Assembly (NCBI GenBank): GCA_039815185.1
Contig: JBCBZT010000003.1
Span: forward strand, 96,001-160,000
Length of the DNA stretch: 64,000 bases
Reading direction: 5' to 3'
Source: Cyanobacteria bacterium P01_A01_bin.123
GTDB lineage: Bacteria; Cyanobacteriota; Cyanobacteriia; Phormidesmidales; Phormidesmidaceae
Below, in pieces: positions 48,938-58,360 of the stretch. The first letter of the stretch is position 1, and every line of letters begins with the position of its first letter. Below the pieces are notes generated by a model, which ran no database searches, had not been told where the DNA came from, and saw only the letters and a program-made list of their open reading frames with translations. A program made the position numbers and the translations under genes.

Positions 48938-50632
48938 ATGCTTGCCCCCGAGACGCTATGCCTCAGACTTGCCGTTGATCGTCTGACCGCTGCAGATCCC
49001 GATCACTATGCCATCTGGGTGGTTGATTCGCCCTATCCAGGGGGGTATGTTCATCACGACTGTGTGTGGAGTCATGCCCTCACCCAAGCTTGGCAAAGCT
49101 GGCAGCAAATGTTTTCACTCCGGGGGTTACCCCAAGTCCCCCACGTGCCCTCCACCTACGTACCGCAGTTTATACTCGACGGCTTGTCTGATGGGGATGA
49201 AGCGGCTGGATTTCCCCGTAGCTATAGCAGTCGCTTGATGCAGCATTTGGGGGTGAATCTATGGCAGTGGCTATTCGACGGCCCTATCCAGCGTAGCCTC
49301 GATCAAAGCTTGGGCATTGCCATGGGGCAAAATAAGCCCCTGCACTTGCGCCTGGAACTCCGGGATCCCGAATTAATTTCGCTACCCTGGGAAATTATGC
49401 AGCAGCAGTCGGGACGTCAAGCGATTTCCTTAGGACAGCAAATTGTTTTTAGCCGCACCACTAGTGATGTCGATCCGCTACCCGACTTTGATTTGGATTC
49501 GGCATTGCGAGTGTTGTTAGTGTTAGGCCATGATGACGATGCGCCTGTGGTTACTCAACCGATGAATGGCCCCAAGCGGGAACCTGTGCTTCAGCTCCAA
49601 GAAGAAGCGATCGCGCTTAAAACCCTGCTTGAACAAAGCCCCTCTAACTTGACTGCAAGTGGTAAACGGGCCGTGGTCTGTCAGGTAGAAGCCTTGCTGC
49701 AGCCTACTCCCGCTGAATTGATTGATGCCCTAGAGAGCGGTTTGTACAATTTATTTTTCTATGCTGGCCATGGTGTCCCTGCGCCTGATGGCGGATTGCT
49801 CTTTCTCGGGGCAGATTCAACGCTCAACGGCACTGAACTGGCTCAGGTGCTGACCCGTTGCCAAGTTAAATTGGCGGTATTTAACACCTGCTGGGGTGCC
49901 CAACCCGATCAAAGTGCCCAGCAGCCGATTCCGCGCAGTAGTTTAGCCGAGGTGATGCTTCACCACGGGGTACCTGCGGTATTGGCGATGCGCGATTCCA
50001 TTGCCGATGAAGAAGCCCTCAGCTTTATTCAGGTGTTTGCCCAGTCTTTGGCCGAACGGTTGCCAGTGGATCAAGCGGTTGCGATCGCCCGGCAGCATTT
50101 GCTCACTCTCTACAAGTTTAATCAGCCCGCTTGGACGCTGCCAGTGCTCTATATGCACCCCGAATTTGACGGCGTACTGCTTAACCCAGTCCGTGAAGAT
50201 ATTACGCGGTTACCCAGCGACACGGGCATGACGCTCAAACCTCGAGCCAGGGCATTTCTGCGGGCAGTGGATGACCATCAGCGAGTTTGGCCTATTTACG
50301 GTGGTTTGATGAGGGTAGGGCGGTTGCCTGACAACGATTTACCCATTGCGGATCCTTGGGTGTCGAGCAAACATGCCGAAATCTTTTGTCGCATTAGTGC
50401 CCCCCTTGGCCAAAATTCACTGGGTGAACCAGCCTATTACCTACGGGATTTTTCTCGCAATGGGACTTTCTGCCGATCCCAAGATGCCGCCTGGAAACAG
50501 ATTCAACGGCAGGAAATTCCCCTGGCCTCCGGTACCCAGATTCGCTTTGGCAGCACTAAAGGGCGCGTTTTGGAATTTGTGGTCGAAGGCATTACCCCCC
50601 TTTCCCCTTCTCAGTCAGATGGCTTAAATTAG
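48938..50632 (+). CDS. CHAT (caspase-like) domain protein with a C-terminal FHA domain
   Basis: 'LPWE', His 'YAGHG', Cys 'VFNTCWG'; FHA 'VGRLPDND...VSSKHAEI...SRNGT'. Confidence 0.88.
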   Translation: MLAPETLCLRLAVDRLTAADPDHYAIWVVDSPYPGGYVHHDCVWSHALTQAWQSWQQMFSLRGLPQVPHVPSTYVPQFILDGLSDGDEAAGFPRSYSSRLMQHLGVNLWQWLFDGPIQRSLDQSLGIAMGQNKPLHLRLELRDPELISLPWEIMQQQSGRQAISLGQQIVFSRTTSDVDPLPDFDLDSALRVLLVLGHDDDAPVVTQPMNGPKREPVLQLQEEAIALKTLLEQSPSNLTASGKRAVVCQVEALLQPTPAELIDALESGLYNLFFYAGHGVPAPDGGLLFLGADSTLNGTELAQVLTRCQVKLAVFNTCWGAQPDQSAQQPIPRSSLAEVMLHHGVPAVLAMRDSIADEEALSFIQVFAQSLAERLPVDQAVAIARQHLLTLYKFNQPAWTLPVLYMHPEFDGVLLNPVREDITRLPSDTGMTLKPRARAFLRAVDDHQRVWPIYGGLMRVGRLPDNDLPIADPWVSSKHAEIFCRISAPLGQNSLGEPAYYLRDFSRNGTFCRSQDAAWKQIQRQEIPLASGTQIRFGSTKGRVLEFVVEGITPLSPSQSDGLN

Positions 50633-50719
50633 CTTTCATTGCGGAATGGTTAATATCAAATCTGTAGGTATTCTCTGTCACCAAGGTTCCATCAGTGCAG
50701 TCTAAAGGGCAACGTCGTT

Positions 50720-51331
50720 ATGAATTCAAACAACCCCCTGCGGGGATTTTCAAATCACACTCAAGCTAAGCTTGATTTGCTCCACGCTGTTTTACATAGC
50801 AAGGAGTCATATCTCTGGAACCCTGGAGCCGCTGACAGTGAAGCCTATCTGACCGAACTGGAAGCGACCTGGGGTGAAGCTGGCCTCTCAAGCGAAGAGG
50901 CTGCTGTTGGTTGGCAGACCTTATCTCGCCAACTCGATATTATGTGGCAGTCTGTCGATCAGGCTTCGGCGGAAACGACGGACACTGTTGTTGCCGCAAC
51001 CTTAAAGCAGCAATTTGCCAATCGCATGCCGGCAGATCTGTTGGCTCAGATGGCCCAGCGTGCTGAAGAGATTGTGCGCAGTGGTCAACCCCTGATGCAG
51101 CAGATGATTCACTGTGTGCAGGATGTCCTCTCTGCTTGGGATGAGACCGATCTGCAAGTGATGGCGCGGCCGTTAACGCTGGCGATGCGAGACGGTCAAG
51201 GGGAAATCTTAACGGTTGCCCTGAATTCTGTGCGGGAGGCGAATTGGGAGGATCTCTCTGCCATGGAGCAGGCTCGATTGGGGCTGGCGATCGCGCGCTA
51301 TGCCCTTAACCAAGCGGATGAGCAGGCTTGA
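50720..51331 (+). CDS. Conserved cyanobacterial hypothetical protein
   Basis: 'YLWNP...EAYL', 'DLQVMARPL..AMR', 'WEDLSAMEQARLGLAIARYAL'. Confidence 0.75.
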   Translation: MNSNNPLRGFSNHTQAKLDLLHAVLHSKESYLWNPGAADSEAYLTELEATWGEAGLSSEEAAVGWQTLSRQLDIMWQSVDQASAETTDTVVAATLKQQFANRMPADLLAQMAQRAEEIVRSGQPLMQQMIHCVQDVLSAWDETDLQVMARPLTLAMRDGQGEILTVALNSVREANWEDLSAMEQARLGLAIARYALNQADEQA

Positions 51332-51342
51332 AACTCAAAGGT

Positions 51343-52698
51343 TTAGAAGTCCAAATCGTTGATTTCAAAGATTTGCTCTGATGGAATTGAGTTCTCCCCC
51401 GACTGCCAAGGCGATTGCCCCGCTGCTGGTGGAGGGTCGGGGGATGCTCTAGACAGCGAACTCAGTTGCGCCTCAAAATAAGCTTCTTGATGCTCTAGCC
51501 TTTGCGCCACGGTTAGCCCCCGTTCAAACGCCAGGCGTGCGGCCGCTATTTCGTCTAGATCCCGATAAATTTGCCCGATTTGATCAAAGGCATTCATGAT
51601 GGCATAAAGGTTGTCGCTTTTCCTGCCAACCTCAATCAAGATGCCGTAGAGCTCTAAACTCTGCTGAAAATTTCCCAATTGCCGATAGATGCCAGCCAGA
51701 TCCGCAAGGGTTTGGCTGGCATTATCTTGTTGACTCAAAATTTGGGCATTGGCATAGGCACTTTGGTAATAAGGTTGGGCCAAATCAGGACGATCTAGGG
51801 CCAGATAGTTGCGAGCGATATTGAGTGTCAATAACGGCAGAGGATCCGTGATGCCCTGGGTTTGATATAAGGTTAGCAGCCGCCCCTGGGCCACAATGGC
51901 TGGTTCAAACTGCTGGGCTTGTTCATGGCTATAAATGAGCTGTGTCAGATACTCAACCTGTTGATCAAGCGATGCCTGGTTGCCGGTTAGTGTCAGCAGT
52001 GTTGCGTAGGTGAGGGCTGCATCGCTGTGGTGAAACCAGTCCAGGTGGAGCTGGGCGATTTGCTCAACGGCTTCGATTTGTGCACCGCGATCGCCCCGTT
52101 CTGCATGAATCTCGGCAATTTGATGGTACACAGCTAGGGCAGCGGGTTGATCTCGTAGGGTGTGGTAGATGGTACCTAATGTATCGAGATCGTCTAGGGC
52201 AATTGGGCCATCAGCTTCTAAATCTGCTTCAATTTGCTGGAGCCGGAAGGTAATGATTTGGCTCTCCTCTGCCCGATTGGCTTGCCACGCCAAGGTTGCC
52301 ACTCGTTGAATAGCCGCTAGCTCTGCGGCTTGGTCGATGGCTCGACGCAGTTGGAGTTCCCGCATCCACATGGCAAAGGCAGCGTCAACCTCTCCTGCCT
52401 CATATTCGGCAAGCGCTTCGGCATTCAACCGATCCAAAGCTTCCCCTAAAGCCCGCTTTTCTAGAGGGCTCAAAGGCCGCTGCACAGGCAATACCGGCAG
52501 TAGCGGATCGCGGGGCTGAGCGGTCAATGGGTCAGCCAAAAATGCTTCGCGCACTACGGGATCAATGCGTTGGCTCCAAGCGACCTGCGGCGAACAAAGC
52601 AAAATGCTGGCTGCCATGGTCAAAGCCCACCCCCGAAGGGCGATCGCAGCCATAATTCCCAACCGCTGACTGCTTGTCCAATAACTTGTCAAAGTCAT
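51343..52698 (-). CDS. Secreted TPR-repeat protein
   Basis: Signal-like segment, 'DPLLP', several TPR-like helical repeats; start uncertain. Confidence 0.8.
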   Translation of the reverse strand: MTLTSYWTSSQRLGIMAAIALRGWALTMAASILLCSPQVAWSQRIDPVVREAFLADPLTAQPRDPLLPVLPVQRPLSPLEKRALGEALDRLNAEALAEYEAGEVDAAFAMWMRELQLRRAIDQAAELAAIQRVATLAWQANRAEESQIITFRLQQIEADLEADGPIALDDLDTLGTIYHTLRDQPAALAVYHQIAEIHAERGDRGAQIEAVEQIAQLHLDWFHHSDAALTYATLLTLTGNQASLDQQVEYLTQLIYSHEQAQQFEPAIVAQGRLLTLYQTQGITDPLPLLTLNIARNYLALDRPDLAQPYYQSAYANAQILSQQDNASQTLADLAGIYRQLGNFQQSLELYGILIEVGRKSDNLYAIMNAFDQIGQIYRDLDEIAAARLAFERGLTVAQRLEHQEAYFEAQLSSLSRASPDPPPAAGQSPWQSGENSIPSEQIFEINDLDF

Positions 52699-53026
52699 CA
52701 GCGCTGAGGTACTCCACCGATTGCCGTTGTACATCTTTACATTGATTGCTATCCCCAGATCATACCGTTTTGGCTGAGATGCACCCCAACATTGCTTCAA
52801 CAGTTTTCTGGCAAAAAGCTTCAGTCCGCAAGGGTTTTTAGCCCTTGGTCACCGTTCCATCAGCGTAATTGTCAGTCAAGGTCAAGACTGCTCGTGCAAA
52901 TGCAAGATATGTGTGTCCCGTTCCATCAGCCGTGCACAAAACTTGAAGCACCTGATTGATGTAATCTTAGATCCTACGCGCGTTTAATTGAACGCTGTTT
53001 CAAATCGTGTAACTCAAATCGGTTTT

Positions 53027-54001
53027 ATGACTTCGACTGCATCTTCTGCTGTAGCTACTCTCACCCGCACCGTTCGCATTGGCTCCCGCAAAAGCCAGTT
53101 AGCGTTGGTTCAGACCCACTGGGTGCGCGACGAACTTCAGAAGCACTTTCCCGAGGTGCGGTTTGAAGTGAAAACGATGGACACCCACGGCGATAAGGTG
53201 CTGGATGTGTCCCTCTCTAAAATTGGCGATAAGGGGTTATTTACCCAAGAACTCGAATCGGGAATGCTGGAAGGCGATATCGATTTTGCGGTGCATTCCC
53301 TCAAAGATTTACCCACGCGATTGCCTGCTGGGCTCATGCTGGGGTGCGTTACGGAACGAGAAGATCCTGCTGATGCCCTGGTGGTGCATGAGAAGAATAA
53401 GGACAAACAAATCGATACCTTGCCTGAGGGGGCTGTGATCGGCACCTCCTCCCTACGTCGGTTGGCGCAATTGCGTCACCATTATCCCCACCTGACGTTT
53501 AAAGACATTCGCGGCAACCTGAATACCCGTCTACGTAAGCTCGACGAAGGGAGTTACGACGGCATTATTTTGGCGGTGGCAGGGTTGCAGCGGTTGGGCA
53601 TGGGCGATCGCATCCATCAAATCTTGCCTGCATCTGTTTCCCTCCATGCGGTGGGGCAGGGGGCATTGGGTATTGAATGTCGCGATGGGGATCCGGACAT
53701 ATTGTCATTGCTGGAGGTGTTGCACCACGATGATACGGGGCATCGCTGCTATGCCGAGCGCGCCTTTTTGCGTGAACTTGAAGGGGGATGCCAGGTTCCC
53801 ATTGGTGTCAATACCGTGATTGCAGACGGCACATTGACCCTGACAGGTATTGTGGCTAGCCTAGATGGTCAACAAATTGTCAAAGACGAAATCGAGGGGC
53901 CAATTGAGACCGCAGACGCGATGGGGACTGAGTTGGCTAGGCGGGCTAAGGCAGCAGGTGCTCAAGCGATTTTGGATGAAATCAACGCAACTAGTCGGTA
54001 G
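53027..54001 (+). CDS. hemC: Hydroxymethylbilane synthase (porphobilinogen deaminase)
   Basis: '[12 protein letters not shown]', 'AVHSLKDLP', 'GTSSLRR', 'RGNLNTR', 'LEGGCQVP'. Confidence 0.97.
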   Translation: MTSTASSAVATLTRTVRIGSRKSQLALVQTHWVRDELQKHFPEVRFEVKTMDTHGDKVLDVSLSKIGDKGLFTQELESGMLEGDIDFAVHSLKDLPTRLPAGLMLGCVTEREDPADALVVHEKNKDKQIDTLPEGAVIGTSSLRRLAQLRHHYPHLTFKDIRGNLNTRLRKLDEGSYDGIILAVAGLQRLGMGDRIHQILPASVSLHAVGQGALGIECRDGDPDILSLLEVLHHDDTGHRCYAERAFLRELEGGCQVPIGVNTVIADGTLTLTGIVASLDGQQIVKDEIEGPIETADAMGTELARRAKAAGAQAILDEINATSR

Positions 54002-54046
54002 ACAGTTGGGCAAGTGTCCGATGCGTTAATCTCTAATTTGTTATGG

Positions 54047-54277
54047 TTATCCCGCAATCTTGGTGTCAGGTGCCTTAGCTTTTTCTTGGTGCAGCAGATA
54101 CCAAGCGACAAACCCCAAAACGGGATCCAGAATCGCGAACATCAAAAGCAAATGCGGAAAAACCCCTGCCATCGCCAGTGGTACTAAAACAAGTGGGACT
54201 AGAACAATCCGATTCAGAACGGACGCAGCGACGATTTGCCTGCTGCCGGATCTGCCACCAAAGAAATAGAACCAACC
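54047..54277 (-). pseudogene. 5'-truncated remnant of a small membrane-protein gene
   Basis: Frame reads GWFYFFGGRSGSRQIVAASVLNRIVLVPLVLVPLAMAGVFPHLLLMFAILDPVLGFVAWYLL...* It is protein-like and hydrophobic, but an in-frame TAA lies a few codons upstream with no start codon. Confidence 0.5.
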
Positions 54278-54483
54278 AGAGACATACGGTTCGTCCTTTT
54301 ATGACTTCTATGGGTATTAAATCCTGAGCGGTTAAGTAGGGGCAAATGCAGGCGTGAGTCGCCACTGGTATGGGGGCGCAGTCACTAGGATGATCCAGAT
54401 TAGAAAATCGGCATAATTTGTGCTGTTGAGCGGCAAACAATTGTTTAGGCTCAAAACAACGATTTTCCATTTAGATCCCTTGC

Positions 54484-55470
54484 ATGAACAGTCCAATCCC
54501 GTCTCCCATGAGCAATACAACGCCGACTCAATTGACTCAGGCTTTAAATGATAATCAAACTCAGGGAACTACTACGCTTACCCCTGAAGTTTTGCAGCGG
54601 GTACGGGAGGGGATTGCCGCAGGTCGTAGCGAGTTGGTGCGTTGGAGCGTGCGAGAAGCCTTTGAACAATTTGAACGTTTGCGCGCTGGCAAACGCGATC
54701 GCCGGGTGTCTGGTCGTCTGAGGCAAAAGGTTCTGAGGGGATTAACCCACAGCTTGTTTCAAATCCGGGTAGAGCAGGCAGAAAATATTCCCAATATGCC
54801 CTGTATTGTCACAGCTAATCACTTAAGCCACATTGATCCGTTTATTTTGCTGGGTGAACTGTCGGCACCGCCTTTCTACTACATCATGGGCGATGCTCGT
54901 ACCCTCTATAACAACTGGTGGAAGCGCTGGGTACTCAACTGGGCGGGGGGATTGATTCCATTGAACCGCTGGTGGAAAGAAGAATTAGCGGTGATTGAAG
55001 CCGCCCAAACTGAAGTTAACTCAGAACTTCAAGCATTGGCGACGGCGATTGAACAGTCGGTTCCCTCTGGCGGAGATTTGAAGACAACCCGACAACTGGA
55101 TCGGGCTGTACAGGCAATTTTTGACGGCGGGGATAGCTTAATGCTGTTTCCAGAGGGGCGGTTGGGTGCTCAGGAAGGCCACCTGCATTTGCCGCTAAAG
55201 CGTGGCACAGTACTGTACGCCCTGCGCGGTGGGGTACCGATTGTTCCCGTCTCGATTGTGGGCACCCAAGATTTGCACTGGCGCAAACCCATTAACCTCA
55301 AATTTGGCAAACCGCTGTATTGTGAACCGATGCCGCGCCCAACGAAACAAGCCATTGATCAGATGCTGAAACGATTAACCGAAGCCCTGCTGGATCTGTT
55401 GCCGCCCTGCTACGAAGAACCCAAAGGCGCAAAACCGCTCCGCCACACGCTTAACCATTTGTTTTGGTAA
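54484..55470 (+). CDS. Lysophospholipid acyltransferase (PlsC family)
   Basis: 'ANHLSHID' (HX4D), 'LFPEGR', 'VPIVPV'. Confidence 0.88.
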   Translation: MNSPIPSPMSNTTPTQLTQALNDNQTQGTTTLTPEVLQRVREGIAAGRSELVRWSVREAFEQFERLRAGKRDRRVSGRLRQKVLRGLTHSLFQIRVEQAENIPNMPCIVTANHLSHIDPFILLGELSAPPFYYIMGDARTLYNNWWKRWVLNWAGGLIPLNRWWKEELAVIEAAQTEVNSELQALATAIEQSVPSGGDLKTTRQLDRAVQAIFDGGDSLMLFPEGRLGAQEGHLHLPLKRGTVLYALRGGVPIVPVSIVGTQDLHWRKPINLKFGKPLYCEPMPRPTKQAIDQMLKRLTEALLDLLPPCYEEPKGAKPLRHTLNHLFW

Positions 55471-55520
55471 TAAGACTAAGAAAGGCTTCTAATTCGGATA
55501 AATCGGGTAAAAAAGGAAGC

Positions 55521-55568
55521 CAAAATAAAGAAGTCAGGAACCAGCATACAAACTGATTCCTGACTTCT
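55521..55568 (-). terminator. Probable terminator hairpin between the convergent plsC-like gene and rpsU
   Basis: 12-bp inverted repeat AGAAGTCAGGAA (55529-55540) / TTCCTGACTTCT (55557-55568), with a T-rich tail on the minus strand. Confidence 0.6.
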
Positions 55569-55766
55569 AAGCCTTGATCGAATCCAGAACTATCATTTCG
55601 CTTTAGGAGCGCGCAGCTCTGTGCCCCCTACACAAACTTTCAAATCAGAAGTGGTTTAACGTCTGATTTCTAGATTCTGTCTTAGGTGCAATTTCTGACT
55701 TTGAGGGGATTAACTCAAAGTCATAGAACCCCGATTGCCTGTTAGACAATCGGGAGGGGGAGGAAG

Positions 55767-55955
55767 TTATCGCCGCGATCGCCGCTTTTGTTGACGATGT
55801 CGGCTTAACTCTTTACGCTTTTGCTTTTCTAGTGGCGTCTCAAAGAACCGATTCTTTTTCATGTCTGGGAAGAGACCAGCCTGCGAAACCTTTCGCTTAA
55901 AGCGTCTAAGAGCAGATTCGATACCTTCGTTTTCCCCAAGGATGACTTGGGCCAT
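55767..55955 (-). CDS. rpsU: 30S ribosomal protein S21
   Basis: '[24 protein letters not shown]...FETPLEK'; GGAGGG upstream. Confidence 0.96.
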   Translation of the reverse strand: MAQVILGENEGIESALRRFKRKVSQAGLFPDMKKNRFFETPLEKQKRKELSRHRQQKRRSRR

Positions 55956-56048
55956 AGCCCCTCCTGTACTAAACAATACTGATAAGAAATCAAAAGGGGC
56001 AGCGTTGCGACGTGCCCCCAAAACACTATGCCACGAGTTGTGGGTAGC

Positions 56049-56357
56049 CTAGAAAGAATTGCGGCGGTAATTGTTGCCACCGCGGCCCCCACCGCCACCA
56101 CCATTGCTTCTGGGCTCTCGTGGTTTGGCTTTATTAACGCGCAAATCACGACCCATCCATTCAGCGCCATCCAACGCTTCAATGGCGGCATCTTCTTCGG
56201 TCTCAGAAGACATATCTACAAAGGCAAAACCACGCATGCGACCCGTTTCGCGATCGGTCGGCAGGCTAACCCGACTGACACTGCCATACTCGGCAAACAC
56301 CTCAATAATGTCATCCTGCGTAACTTTGTACGATAAATTTCCAACGTAAATAGACAT
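56049..56357 (-). CDS. rbp: RRM RNA-binding protein with a Gly-rich tail (Rbp family)
   Basis: RNP2 'IYVGNL', RNP1 'RGFAFV', GGGGG tail; upstream of rpsU. Confidence 0.95.
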   Translation of the reverse strand: MSIYVGNLSYKVTQDDIIEVFAEYGSVSRVSLPTDRETGRMRGFAFVDMSSETEEDAAIEALDGAEWMGRDLRVNKAKPREPRSNGGGGGGRGGNNYRRNSF

Positions 56358-56369
56358 GGGGTAAGGACA

Positions 56370-56442
56370 TCTCCTTAGTCAAGAACAGTAGCGGTGATCG
56401 GAGTGGCCTGTAAACAAAATGAGTCAAGCATGTTCTACCGAA
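56370..56442 (-). promoter_or_regulatory. rbp 5'-UTR box-like elements
   Basis: Minus strand in order: TTCGGTAG (56435-56442), TTTGTTTACAGG (56407-56418), ACTCCGAT (56397-56404), TAAGGAGA (56370-56377). These resemble the box III/II/I/RBS elements of cold-inducible cyanobacterial rbp genes, compared with a consensus recalled from memory. Confidence 0.5.
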
Positions 56443-56587
56443 AATCAGCCTGACAATACCTTAACACTGTCTTTTGGTTCGTGGCTGTATCGCCAGGACT
56501 GACCCAAGAATTAATACAGGTTTTTAGAAACTTTTTAATAAAACTATATATTTTGCTTGATGGCTGTAGGAGTCTTGCATTATTCAA

Positions 56588-57745
56588 TTATTCGCTAAGA
56601 CTTGAGGGCGTGTCCTTTCGGACAGTTTGGCTCGTCTCCTGACCAAGGGTTTGATCCGGGCTGTTTGTCTGTGTCATTGGCTTAGCTGCGCTAGATGGGT
56701 TAGTTCCGTCCTCAGCAATGCTGGTGTCGTCCAGATAGTCTTTGATCCAGGCTTCTTCAATCCAGACCCGGCTGACGACGGTCAAGGGTAAGGCGAGAAC
56801 TAAGCCAACAGGGCCGAAGAAGGTGGCAAAAAATAGTTGGGAAACTAGGGTCGCTGCGGGTAGCAGAGAGACCTGATGTTTCATGATTGTGGGCTGCAGG
56901 ACGTAGCTTTCGAGGTTTTGAATAATGATGTAAAGCACAACGACTGCGATCGCGCTGCCGATGGAGTTTGATAGCGCGACCCCGAGGGGAAACACGGCAC
57001 TTAAGGCAGGCCCGATATTGGGAATAAAATTAAACACCCCAGCTAAAACCGCGTGGGCAAAGGCAAAATCAACCCGTAATATGAGCAACCCGGCAAAACT
57101 GAACAAAGCGACAAACAAAGAACTTAGGGACACCCCGCCTAACCATCCGAGTAAAGCTGTTTCACACTTGTCAAAGATGCCATCGGCGCGGCGACGATAG
57201 CTAGACGGAAATAACCGGATCAGCAGTTTGCGGTAGGCTAGCGGATCGGCGGCCAGCATCAGCGTGATCACGGTGACCAGCAAAAGCTGTAGCATGATGG
57301 CCACAGAACTTGAGAAAAAGGTAATAAAGTTGCCAAATACTCGACTGGAGACCCCGCCTAACTGTTGAATCACGGAGGGAAAATCGGGCAGCTCTAAATC
57401 TTGCGGAATCCAGGGAGGGGGATTCGTGGTGATTTGATCCAGCCAGTCTAGAAGCGCGTCAAATCCTTGCGGCAGTAAGGTCAATAGCTCTTGAAACTGG
57501 GTGGCAAAGGGGGGGAGCACCACAGCTAAAATTAATAGTCCAGCGATCGCGACGATGGCGATCGCCGCCAGAAGCGATCGCGACCGTGGCCAACCCAACC
57601 GTCGCTGAATGAAACGGATGAGGCTATTCAGGGCGATCGCCAGAACCATTGCCGTAAACAGCAACAGCAAAATCTGCCGAAACTGCCAAAGAATGACCAG
57701 CGCAATCGACAGACATAGGAAGCTAACTAGGGTCCGAAGCGTCAT
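56588..57745 (-). CDS. AI-2E family transporter
   Basis: 'FNFIPNIGP', 'IQNLESYVLQP', 'FGPVGLVLALP'. Confidence 0.92.
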   Translation of the reverse strand: MTLRTLVSFLCLSIALVILWQFRQILLLLFTAMVLAIALNSLIRFIQRRLGWPRSRSLLAAIAIVAIAGLLILAVVLPPFATQFQELLTLLPQGFDALLDWLDQITTNPPPWIPQDLELPDFPSVIQQLGGVSSRVFGNFITFFSSSVAIMLQLLLVTVITLMLAADPLAYRKLLIRLFPSSYRRRADGIFDKCETALLGWLGGVSLSSLFVALFSFAGLLILRVDFAFAHAVLAGVFNFIPNIGPALSAVFPLGVALSNSIGSAIAVVVLYIIIQNLESYVLQPTIMKHQVSLLPAATLVSQLFFATFFGPVGLVLALPLTVVSRVWIEEAWIKDYLDDTSIAEDGTNPSSAAKPMTQTNSPDQTLGQETSQTVRKDTPSSLSE

Positions 57746-57758
57746 AGTGAGTCTAGGC

Positions 57759-58121
57759 TCAGTAGTCCAACGTCATCATATCGACGCCGTCAGTCCGGTC
57801 ACTATCGGTAGCATCGTTGCCATTCATCCCGTGGCGACTAGGTTCATAGACGTTACTCGTCGGCATTGGGTCTTGACTGATGCCCTGTTCTGATGCCCGT
57901 AGGTGCTGGGCCTTGTTTTCTAACGTATTGACCTGCGCGTCAATTGTCTCCAGGCGTTGATTGACCTGATGCGTGCGCCGCTCTAGCTCGATCAATTCCC
58001 GTTGTAGACGTTTGCGCTCAATCGTCAACTTATAAATATCAAGGTAGTGAGCCGATTCCGAACGTTGACGCGGCATGGTGCTAATTTTGGGACGATGACC
58101 GCTGGGGCGCTTAGGATGCAT
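57759..58121 (-). CDS. Coiled-coil protein resembling cyanobacterial GvpV-annotated proteins
   Basis: 'PKISTMPRQRSESAHYLDIYKLTIERKRLQREL'; C-terminal 'MTLDY'. Confidence 0.55.
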   Translation of the reverse strand: MHPKRPSGHRPKISTMPRQRSESAHYLDIYKLTIERKRLQRELIELERRTHQVNQRLETIDAQVNTLENKAQHLRASEQGISQDPMPTSNVYEPSRHGMNGNDATDSDRTDGVDMMTLDY

Positions 58122-58360
58122 GGGTTCACCTGAACAAGGGCACAAAACTGAACTCAGAATTCCCAGGGCAACACTGCCCTATCGACAGCCTAACGGATGT
58201 TGGCAAATCTATTGAAAATCCGAAGTTTTATGACGCGGTGCCTTGATTTACAGTCCGACCCTGATCTCAGCCCAATAATTAAGGCGCAGTGATTGATCAA
58301 ATGCTGATTATGAACTGGGAAAACCCACGGGTTTTCGTTTGTGAGGCGATGTCGCGACCC

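Noticed and set aside
52918..52982. Glutamine riboswitch (glnA motif) upstream of hemC
   Set aside because: It starts with CGTTC but lacks the expected downstream GGAAG/GAAGGAACG elements.
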